A DNA stretch of 33,168 nucleotides from Burkholderiales bacterium (lineage in GTDB: Bacteria; Pseudomonadota; Gammaproteobacteria; Burkholderiales; JAEUOS01): positions 1 through 33,168 of the forward strand of contig JAYVST010000367.1 of the NCBI GenBank assembly GCA_043775255.1, written 5' to 3'. Shown in pieces: positions 8,950 to 16,437 of this stretch. A model generated the notes under the pieces. That model was not told where the DNA came from and searched no databases. It saw only the letters and a list, made by a program, of their open reading frames with translations. Position 1 is the first letter of the stretch; every line of letters starts with the position of its first letter. A program made the position numbers and the translations under genes.

Positions 8950-10068
8950 ATGCAGTTCCGCACAGGAATCGTTCAAAAGATCCGCTTTTACGCCAAGCGC
9001 TTTCGGGAGCCTTCTGGCACGGGGGTGGGCTTGGCCGACTCGGTAAATCCGCAGGCTGCCGCCGAAGAAAGAAACGCCCTCGCAAAGCAATACGTCTCTA
9101 GCGGTACGCTGCCTTGCGACTTCTCGATCACCGTCGGCGTGGCTCCTTGCAACTACAGTTGCATGTTCTGTCCGCAGTCGGTCAGCAAACCTAAGAAGGC
9201 GGTCTGGATGGATCTCGGATTGCTCGAGAAATGCCTGACCGAAATGCCGGAAGAAGGCGTGCAATTGAACGTCTCGTCTTTTTCCGAAACGATCGCCGCA
9301 CACAACCTCGTGCCAGCCATCCAGCTCATGAAGCGGGTCCGGCCTAAGTTGCGGGTGATCATGGCGACCAACGGATCGCTGTTCCGGGAAAAGGTGGTCG
9401 AGGCGTTGATAGACGCCGGTGTCGATCATTACTCCTACAGCTTCGACGCGCCGACCAGGGAACGCTATAAGGAACTGATTCAGGTCGACAATTTCGACAA
9501 GGCGTGGCAGAACTTGGAACGCATCGTGGAGATGCGTAACAACAAAAAATCCAAGATGTTCATCAGCACGCACATCATGAACTTCAAGGGAGTGGAAGAA
9601 GATTTCGAGAAATTTCGGTCCTATTGGGAAGGTAAGGTCGACAGCGTCAGGCTCAGGACCGTCGGGAATTGGGGGGGCGATAGTGAATTGAGCCTCACTT
9701 CGAAGCTTGAAGCGATGGGTTACGTGTCCGCCCACGAGACACCGCAGAGGCGCTACCCGTGTCTTTCGATATTCACGCATTTCCAGCTGCAACCCGACGG
9801 CCACTACATGGCGTGCATCGGGACGACACCGGACTATGCGAGCAACCCGAAGTACTCGCTCGGCCACGCCAGCGACACCACGTGGGCCGAGGCTTGGGCC
9901 AGGCTTGGCGAAATGCGCAGGGCGCATCTAGAAGGTCGCTGGGACGAAATCGAGGCATGCAGGAATTGCAATATTTGGAGTCTGTGGAAAGATGCCTGGC
10001 AAGAATCGCCCGGCGACGACAAGAAGCCGCGCCAGTTTCGCCTTGAAGGTGTTGAATACGCGAAGTAG
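8950..10068 (+). CDS. Radical SAM enzyme with Cys-containing C-terminal (SPASM/twitch-like) region
   Basis: ORF 8908..10068 opens with TTG. I prefer the ATG at 8950, which has GGAAG about 10 nt upstream. It has the canonical CxxxCxxC cluster motif (APCNYSCMFCPQS). Later cysteines: YPCLSIF...YMACIG and EACRNCNIWS. G+C is noticeably lower than in the neighbours (sampled lines 40-53%). Confidence 0.75.
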   Translation: MQFRTGIVQKIRFYAKRFREPSGTGVGLADSVNPQAAAEERNALAKQYVSSGTLPCDFSITVGVAPCNYSCMFCPQSVSKPKKAVWMDLGLLEKCLTEMPEEGVQLNVSSFSETIAAHNLVPAIQLMKRVRPKLRVIMATNGSLFREKVVEALIDAGVDHYSYSFDAPTRERYKELIQVDNFDKAWQNLERIVEMRNNKKSKMFISTHIMNFKGVEEDFEKFRSYWEGKVDSVRLRTVGNWGGDSELSLTSKLEAMGYVSAHETPQRRYPCLSIFTHFQLQPDGHYMACIGTTPDYASNPKYSLGHASDTTWAEAWARLGEMRRAHLEGRWDEIEACRNCNIWSLWKDAWQESPGDDKKPRQFRLEGVEYAK

Positions 10069-10107
10069 CTGCGCGGCCTGGCAGCGGGATCCGCGCCCTC
10101 CCGGAAG

Positions 10108-10878
10108 ATGACGGCATTTGAATCGAGCGACGAAGCCAGGCGCTTCAGCTATGCAGACTTCACCGAGGACCAATATCGGTCCCTGCTGCGTGACGCTGCT
10201 TCGCACTACGCTTTCGCCGATTTCGGCAGCAATCCGCAAAGCCCGCATGTGCTCTGGCGACACGATGTCGATCTTTCGATGCACCGCGCACTTTGCCTCG
10301 CGCGCATTGAGGAGTCCGAGGGCATACACACCACATACTTCATCATGCTGACCAGCCGCTATTACAGCGTCCTCGAACCGGAAAACATGCGTCGTGTCGA
10401 GACTCTGGTATCGTTGGGGCACCGTATCGGGCTGCATTTCGACTGCTCCGCGTACCTCAACCTCGACAGCTTCGGGGAACTGGAGGCCCGGATCGCGTGG
10501 GAACGCGAACTGCTTGCGAACCTGGCAGGTGCGGAGGTTCGCGCCCTGTCGTTCCACAACCCTACCGACTTCGTCGCGCCCGGAGCGGACGCCGACATGA
10601 TCGCCGGAATGGTGAACGCCTACGGGGAGAAACTGAAGGTGCGCTACAAGTATTGTTCCGACTCCAACGGCTATTGGCGGCACGAGCGTCTGTTCGACGT
10701 GATCAGATCCCGCCGGCACGAACGACTCCAGGTATTGACCCATCCGGAATGGTGGGTACCGGAACCTATGGCGCCGCGAGATCGGGTCCTGCGCTGCATC
10801 CAGGGGCGTGCCGACGCCACCGCCGCAGCTTATGACGCTGCCCTCGCGGCCTCGAGACGAGAGAATGTCGGGAGCTAG
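10108..10878 (+). CDS. NodB/CE4-like polysaccharide deacetylase/deformylase-family protein (ArnD-like motifs)
   Basis: 256 aa, ATG 10108 with GGAAG upstream. The WRHDVD motif followed by IHTTYFIM and GHRIGLHFD resembles the RxDVD ... GHE[IV]GLH pattern of ArnD/NodB-fold enzymes. The family assignment is tentative. Confidence 0.5.
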   Translation: MTAFESSDEARRFSYADFTEDQYRSLLRDAASHYAFADFGSNPQSPHVLWRHDVDLSMHRALCLARIEESEGIHTTYFIMLTSRYYSVLEPENMRRVETLVSLGHRIGLHFDCSAYLNLDSFGELEARIAWERELLANLAGAEVRALSFHNPTDFVAPGADADMIAGMVNAYGEKLKVRYKYCSDSNGYWRHERLFDVIRSRRHERLQVLTHPEWWVPEPMAPRDRVLRCIQGRADATAAAYDAALAASRRENVGS

Positions 10879-11698
10879 GTGCCGCCGACTTGTACTGTTC
10901 GGCGACCTCGACGGCATTCCGGAATTGCTCTCCGTCCTGGATGCCAGCAGCATCGCCGGCATCGTCGGGGCCAGCATCCGGCCGCATCACCTTGGCGGCC
11001 TTGGTGCGCTGGCTCTTGACTTGGGGGTGCCGCTTCTGATCCAGCCGCGTGCAACTGATCCCGGCGGTACAACTTTCGGCGCACAGTTCGAAGCGCTTGG
11101 CTACGACATGGCGGTATGCCATTCCTACTCGATGCTGCTACGCCCCGAAATACTGCGGGCAGTGCGCGGCCAAGCGATCAATGTTCACGCGTCGCTGCTG
11201 CCAAAAAACCGCGGTCCCAATCCGGTGCAATGGGCGATCATGCGCGGGGAAAGCGAGACCGGGGTTACGCTTCATTTCATGGATGAAGGATTCGATTCGG
11301 GCGACATCTGCGCGCAGCGCAGCGTGCCGATCGACGCGGAGGACACCTGGGTAACGTTGTCGGCGAAACTGGGTACCGCGACGCGTGATTTGCTGTCCAG
11401 TGAACTGCGACCGATCGTAGAAGGCTGTGGACTACGCCATCCTCAGGACAACACAAAGGCGACTCGCAACCAGCGCCTCGGCCCCCAATCGCCACGAATC
11501 GATTTCGCAACCATGTCTGATCTGGAGATTTACAACCTCGTTCGCGCACAGGTACGGCCGCTCAAAGGTGCCTACATCGACCTTGACGGCATCGAGATTC
11601 GGTTACCTGAATTCATTCCACTGCAGCAGATAGCTGCCTTGCGCGCCAAGTACGCGCCTCGTGCTATGCAGACATCGCGGCAAGAACATCACGGATGA
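10865..11698 (+). CDS. Formyltransferase (Fmt/ArnA N-terminal domain-like) acting on an amino sugar
   Basis: Internal ATG at 10865 of ORF 10808..11698, overlapping the upstream gene by 14 nt. Motif INVHASLLPKNRGPNPVQWAIMRGESETGVTLHFMDEGFDSGDI carries the catalytic N/H/D pattern of formyltransferases. The C-terminal part resembles the Formyl_trans_C OB-like domain. Confidence 0.75.
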   Translation: MSGARCRRLVLFGDLDGIPELLSVLDASSIAGIVGASIRPHHLGGLGALALDLGVPLLIQPRATDPGGTTFGAQFEALGYDMAVCHSYSMLLRPEILRAVRGQAINVHASLLPKNRGPNPVQWAIMRGESETGVTLHFMDEGFDSGDICAQRSVPIDAEDTWVTLSAKLGTATRDLLSSELRPIVEGCGLRHPQDNTKATRNQRLGPQSPRIDFATMSDLEIYNLVRAQVRPLKGAYIDLDGIEIRLPEFIPLQQIAALRAKYAPRAMQTSRQEHHG

Positions 11699-11818
11699 CA
11701 TCGGAAGCCCGGCCCTCGCCAGAGTCGCAGGCTACACGGAATCCACCGAGCCAACCATGAATACTGGATTCAAGAGGTGCGTGCCCGGATCGTCTGTATT
11801 CATAGGATCATTGAAACC

Positions 11819-12826
11819 ATGATTTATCGGATGGCGGAAGTACTTGAGCTCAACCGAAAATTCGGCATCTTCGAAGCCGCGCGCCTTTCTTATCGAATCC
11901 GCGAGCAGGAGATTGCCAAGGCGTGGACTTGGCCAAATCGAATTTTCACCGGGCTGTTCGGCGTCACGTATTACATCGCCCTTTTCATTACGTCGTTGTT
12001 TGTGCGGCAAGCAAATCTCGAGCCCAGGATTTCCAAGGTCGTGCGCGATCTTGCGGCAAGGTACTACTACATTCCGGAAATAGTCATCTTCAAGGCGCTG
12101 GAACTTGAAGCGGTATGCCGGCACCCCATTTCAGGTCGCGTACTCGACCTGGGTTGCGGCACGGGAATCACTGGCGCATCGGTAAAGGAAAACTCTGGGA
12201 TACGCGAGCTCTTCGGAATAGACCGCGTGAGCAACCTTGTCGCCAAGGACGAATACGCGGGCTATTGCGTCGGGGACGGCGGAGCGTTGCCCTTCCGCGA
12301 CGCGTCCTTCGATCACGTCATCACGCTTGGAGTGCTCGACCATATTCCGGAGATCGACCAAACCTTGCGTGAATGCGCCCGAGTCTTGCAGCCGGGAGGA
12401 AGCATATTGTTCGCCATTCAAACGTACATGTTCAGGGAGAGTACGTTTTGGTTCAAGGCCTTCTCCAAACTGATGCCTAAAGGAGAACTGGCGGGAAAAT
12501 TCCAGACCTACAGGGACGTGTATGACATGATCTTCCACTATCGGTCTGAGGGGCAGTGGAGGGAGAAGCTGATCGAAGCCGGATTCAGACGCATCGAGAT
12601 TGACTACGTCTTCCCTGCACGCAATCTGTTTTTTTACGACCTGATGAACATTCAGACGTATTTTCTGAGGTTCTTTTTTGCCGATCGGGCAAAACAGTTC
12701 CTGGACCGACACCCTTTTTTGCGACGCCTGGTCATCGAGGCAACCACTCGAATATCTGAGCGATTGATGGAAACTCCCGTCAACAGGGACAACGCAACGC
12801 GCTACTTTCTGAGGGCGTTCGCGTGA
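11819..12826 (+). CDS. Class I SAM-dependent methyltransferase with N-terminal hydrophobic segment
   Basis: ORF 11777..12826 opens with GTG. ATG candidates lie at 11819 and 11831, so the start is uncertain. Motif I is VLDLGCGTGITG, followed by FDHVITLGVLDHIPE and LQPGGSILF. There is a hydrophobic stretch, IFTGLFGVTYYIALFITSLFV. G+C is lower (sampled lines 43-45%). Confidence 0.7.
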   Translation: MIYRMAEVLELNRKFGIFEAARLSYRIREQEIAKAWTWPNRIFTGLFGVTYYIALFITSLFVRQANLEPRISKVVRDLAARYYYIPEIVIFKALELEAVCRHPISGRVLDLGCGTGITGASVKENSGIRELFGIDRVSNLVAKDEYAGYCVGDGGALPFRDASFDHVITLGVLDHIPEIDQTLRECARVLQPGGSILFAIQTYMFRESTFWFKAFSKLMPKGELAGKFQTYRDVYDMIFHYRSEGQWREKLIEAGFRRIEIDYVFPARNLFFYDLMNIQTYFLRFFFADRAKQFLDRHPFLRRLVIEATTRISERLMETPVNRDNATRYFLRAFA

Positions 12827-13226
12827 GGCGTCAGGTCTGCCGCAACAAGCCGGCAATTCGGAGAGGTGTGTTACTCCGGACAATTCGCGGCGCTGATGGA
12901 CATGCGATGCCAATCGCGCCACGGATTGCGCCGATTCGGGGTGGCCAGACGGTGCGTGATCACTCAGCAGGCACTGGGCGAGACATCTTGTTTCCCGTTC
13001 CGCACCCGTTTCCCAAGTTACCGCACCGTGCGTGGATCGACGAAGACGATGAGCCAAGACTTTCAGACGCCGCCGTTCGGGCACTGGCCGCACCTAGCAT
13101 TGGGAGTCCTGCCTGCCCATCCACCGAATCCAGCCCCTGAAATCCACATTTTCCCGACCATTTTTCCTTATTGAATTTGCACCAGATGCCTACCAAACAA
13201 TTTGGCGGTCGCCAAAAGCGGCGTGA

Positions 13227-13994
13227 ATGATAGCGGGACTCATGGGCCTTGTAGCGATTCACCAGCCGAATTTCTTTCCGTGGCTCGGGTACTTCGACAA
13301 GATCCGCCGCAGCGAGGTCTTCGTGTTCCTGGATGATGTCGCTTATCCAAAGAGCGGCAGCGGAATGGGCTCCATCACGAATCGCGTGCGCATCCGCATC
13401 ATTGGCGACGCGCGCTGGGTCGGCTGTGCAGTGCTGCGCGAGCCGGGTGAACAGGTCATTCGCAAGGTCCGCATCAATCCGCAGGCTGACTGGCGCGGCA
13501 AGATGCTTCGCTCCATTGAATTCAGCTATCGCAGCGCACCGAACTTCGATCGCATCATGCCGCTTATCGCTGACCTAATAGCGTGCAAAGCCGAATTTCT
13601 GGCGGATTTCAACATCAACGCCATCCGCGCGCTGATGGCCGTGCTCGGGCTCACCACGCCTTTGGTGCGCCAGTCCGAACTCGGTATTGCATACAAATCT
13701 ACCGAATTACTGATCGCTATTACGCGGCGCGTTGCCGGCACAGCCTACCTATGCGGCGGCGGCGCGCAAGGCTATCAACAGGATGAAATGTTTGCCGGCC
13801 AAGGCGTCGGACTGGTGTATCAGAACTACGTGCCTCGACCGTATGGCGATCCGGCGAGATTCATTCCCGGCCTGTCGGTCATCGACTTCCTTATGCACGC
13901 GCATCCCGAAGCCTGGGGCACAGACTATCTGAGTCTCGCGCCCGACACGGCCGATAGCCGCTCGAACACCATCGCAAATCGAGGCGGCCTATGA
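13227..13994 (+). CDS. WbqC-family protein (function unknown; recurrent in O-antigen loci)
   Basis: 255 aa. The N-terminal IHQPNFFPWLGYFDKI signature, plus ...YLCGGGAQGYQ... and GLSVIDFLMH, match WbqC-like proteins as I recall them. An alternative ATG lies at 13242. Confidence 0.7.
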   Translation: MIAGLMGLVAIHQPNFFPWLGYFDKIRRSEVFVFLDDVAYPKSGSGMGSITNRVRIRIIGDARWVGCAVLREPGEQVIRKVRINPQADWRGKMLRSIEFSYRSAPNFDRIMPLIADLIACKAEFLADFNINAIRALMAVLGLTTPLVRQSELGIAYKSTELLIAITRRVAGTAYLCGGGAQGYQQDEMFAGQGVGLVYQNYVPRPYGDPARFIPGLSVIDFLMHAHPEAWGTDYLSLAPDTADSRSNTIANRGGL

Positions 13995-14010
13995 GCGGCA
14001 AAGCGAACAA

Positions 14011-14036
14011 TTGCGTCCGCGCGGCGCGCGACGCAA
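14011..14036 (+). other. GC-rich intercistronic stem-loop between the wbqC-like gene and wzt copy 1
   Basis: TTGCGTC-cgcg-cgg-cgcg-c-GACGCAA: a 7-bp outer stem plus a 4-bp inner stem with a one-nucleotide bulge and a 3-nt loop. It is followed by AAAAA rather than a T-tract, so it is not a canonical intrinsic terminator. Confidence 0.4.
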
Positions 14037-14087
14037 AAATCGGACAGGTTCATTCCCGCAATTCGCGACCGCGCGTGGCGGCGAATC

Positions 14088-15266
14088 ATGGGGGCTGACG
14101 TGGCAACCTCAACCGGTATCGTCGCCCTTTCCTGCGACCGCGTCACAAAGGTATTTCCGGTCATTGACGACGGCCTGTCGTGGCGCGTCGCGTTCGGATT
14201 TGCGCCCGTCGAAAACGGCATCGTCGCACTCAAGGATGTCTCCTTGAGCGTTTCTAAAGGGAAGCTTTGTGGCGTATTGGGCCACAACGGCGCAGGCAAG
14301 AGCACGTTGCTGCGCGTCGCCGGCGGCGTGTATCCGCCGACCGCCGGGACCGTGTGCATCGACGGAAGGTTGTCCGGCTTGTTCGAATTGGGCGGCATGG
14401 GCAACCGGCAACTGACGGGCCGCAAGTTCGCGTCACGCTCGCTCATGCTGCAAGGCGCCCACCCGCGCGAGATCCCGGCCCTGATCGAAGGCATACTCGA
14501 CTTCTCGGAACTCGGCGCCGCGTTCGAAGACAAGATCTACACCTACTCCTCCGGCATGGCGGCACGCTTGTATTTCGCCTGCGCGACGGCGCTTCAGCAT
14601 GATGTCTATCTGATCGACGAATTGCTGTCGGTGGGCGACGAGCATTTTCAGGCCAAATGCTGGGGCCGCATGCGCGAGCGCCTCGGAGGCGGTGCGTCCG
14701 GACTCCTAGTGACACACGACTGGTCTGCGGTGATCAAGTTGTGCGAAAACAGCTACATCATGTCTGCCGGATCGCTGGTCGAGTTTGGTCGCTCCGACCG
14801 GACCGTCGCTCGATACCTGAATCTGGAAAGGCCCAGTTCCGACATCGCCCGGATCATCGACCAAGGCATCGACCCTTTCGTTGCTGAGTCAATGCAGGAT
14901 GCCCTGATTCCAATTCGAGTCGAAATCAGCGAGCATTCGCGAGTCGCGATCGCGTTCTCGATCGAGTTGCTCCGGATTGGTATCGGCTGGGAGACGCTCA
15001 TCATGCAACGCAGCATGTTGGCGGGAACGGCGCCAGGAACATATGACGTGTGGGTCAGAATTCCCCGACTACCATTGCCCGCCGGAGAATATTCCCTGAA
15101 CATCTGGCTCCACGATCCCGAGCAGGGCAGCGCCTCGGCCAGCATGGTGCCGTACGACGCTCGCAGCTGGACCTACGGCAACGGACTTTGCCTCGTGGTA
15201 CGCGGCGAGGAATGCGAAGGCGTGACGCGACCGCCACTCCATTGGAATTTGCTCCATGACGGCTGA
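14088..15266 (+). CDS. wzt: Polysaccharide ABC-exporter ATPase (Wzt/TagH type) with C-terminal Wzt_C-like domain, copy 1
   Basis: Walker A GHNGAGKST, signature YSSGMAARL, Walker B VYLIDELLSVGD, H-loop LLVTHD. There is a ~150-aa C-terminal extension with LPLPAGEYSLNIWLHD, which resembles the beta-sandwich carbohydrate-binding domain of Wzt. Confidence 0.8.
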   Translation: MGADVATSTGIVALSCDRVTKVFPVIDDGLSWRVAFGFAPVENGIVALKDVSLSVSKGKLCGVLGHNGAGKSTLLRVAGGVYPPTAGTVCIDGRLSGLFELGGMGNRQLTGRKFASRSLMLQGAHPREIPALIEGILDFSELGAAFEDKIYTYSSGMAARLYFACATALQHDVYLIDELLSVGDEHFQAKCWGRMRERLGGGASGLLVTHDWSAVIKLCENSYIMSAGSLVEFGRSDRTVARYLNLERPSSDIARIIDQGIDPFVAESMQDALIPIRVEISEHSRVAIAFSIELLRIGIGWETLIMQRSMLAGTAPGTYDVWVRIPRLPLPAGEYSLNIWLHDPEQGSASASMVPYDARSWTYGNGLCLVVRGEECEGVTRPPLHWNLLHDG

Positions 15267-16437
15267 CAACGTAGCCGTCATTGCCGACGGCTTGTCCATG
15301 CTCTACAAGAGCCATTCTGGCGACAAGATGGCGGTGAACGACATTTCCCTCACAATTTCCCAAGGCACCCGGTTGGGGCTGATCGGCCGCAACGGGGCAG
15401 GCAAGTCAACTTTCCTGCAAATGATCGCCGGCTTAGCACAGCCGACTGCCGGCAGGATCACGGTCAACGGCAAGGTGACGGCCGTCATGACGTTGGGAGT
15501 CGGTCTCCGGGAAGATCTCTCCGGCCGCGACAACATATTCATCGACGGCGAAATCCAGGGGAAAGCGCGGCACGAAATCGAAGACTCGCTCGACTCCGTC
15601 ATCGAGTTTGCCGATCTCGGCGCCTTCATCGACTATCCGGTGCGGACATATTCGACCGGCATGAAGGCGCGGCTGGCGTTCGCGATGATCACACACATCG
15701 ACCCGGAGATTCTCGTTATCGACGAGGCGCTGTCGGCCGGCGATGCGAAGTTCGGTGCAAAGGCGAGCGCGAAGATTCGCGAATTGTGTTCGCGCGGCCG
15801 AATCGCCATTGTGGTGTCGCACTCGATGGCGGCGATCCGGGACATCTGCAATCGCTGCGTGTGGCTCGAAGATGGTCGCGTGATGCGGGACGGCGATCCG
15901 GTCACAGTGACCAATGCGTATCTAGAAGCCGTCCGACAGGAAGACGAATCCAGCCTGCTCGACAAATTTCGCAATCTTGCACATTCCCGTACTGTCATCG
16001 ACGGCCATGCGGTTCGATGGCTGGAACTCCTGGATGAGGAATCCAACGCCGTCAAAGCCGCCGTCGAGTGCGGGATCAACGTTCGATTAAGGGCTGGAGG
16101 TGTGATTCCTGCGGGCGGAAAAATGCTGGCGCTGCGACTGCAGATTTGGCGGCTCGACGGGCTCCGCGTCATCGACGAGCGACGCGACTTCATAGGCTGG
16201 CAGACGTCTTCGGGCGGCGGCGATTTCCTCATCGAGATTGGCATGCGCCCCTTGGTCCTCAGCCAGGGAATCTACCGCGCAACGCTCCAAATCATGGCGC
16301 AGGCAGAGATCGCTGCAGAAAGATCGACCGTCTTCGAAGCGTATACGAATTCGCCGCCCATCGGCGGACGAACCGCCCTGATGTATCAGGCCACCCTCGA
16401 ACAACAACCCGCCCTGCCCGAAGGCTCGCCATCATGA
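15256..16437 (+). CDS. wzt: Polysaccharide ABC-exporter ATPase (Wzt/TagH type) with distinct C-terminal Wzt_C-like domain, copy 2
   Basis: Overlaps copy 1 by 11 nt. Walker A GRNGAGKST, signature YSTGMKARL, Walker B ILVIDEALSAGD, H-loop VVSHS. The ~160-aa C-terminal extension (LVLSQGIYRATLQIM) is clearly different in sequence from that of copy 1. Confidence 0.8.
   Translation: MTADNVAVIADGLSMLYKSHSGDKMAVNDISLTISQGTRLGLIGRNGAGKSTFLQMIAGLAQPTAGRITVNGKVTAVMTLGVGLREDLSGRDNIFIDGEIQGKARHEIEDSLDSVIEFADLGAFIDYPVRTYSTGMKARLAFAMITHIDPEILVIDEALSAGDAKFGAKASAKIRELCSRGRIAIVVSHSMAAIRDICNRCVWLEDGRVMRDGDPVTVTNAYLEAVRQEDESSLLDKFRNLAHSRTVIDGHAVRWLELLDEESNAVKAAVECGINVRLRAGGVIPAGGKMLALRLQIWRLDGLRVIDERRDFIGWQTSSGGGDFLIEIGMRPLVLSQGIYRATLQIMAQAEIAAERSTVFEAYTNSPPIGGRTALMYQATLEQQPALPEGSPS

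Noticed and set aside
8752-13093. Minus-strand ORFs 8752..9927 (391 aa), 9928..10977 (349 aa) and 12131..13093 (320 aa).
   Set aside because: They are antisense to the radical SAM, NodB-like/formyltransferase and methyltransferase genes. No motifs are present and the composition is low-complexity. The part of 12131..13093 that extends into the 400-bp spacer is also not protein-like.
16068-16433. 5' extensions of ORFs that overlap the preceding gene: 16068..16433 (wzm ORF), 24831..25409 (CgeB-like B ORF), 31498..31632 (methyltransferase ORF) and 17143..17232.
   Set aside because: The extensions run in alternative frames of well-supported upstream genes and translate to Arg-rich nonsense. Internal ATG or GTG codons that overlap the upstream stop (ATGA, GTGA) give sensible N-termini.
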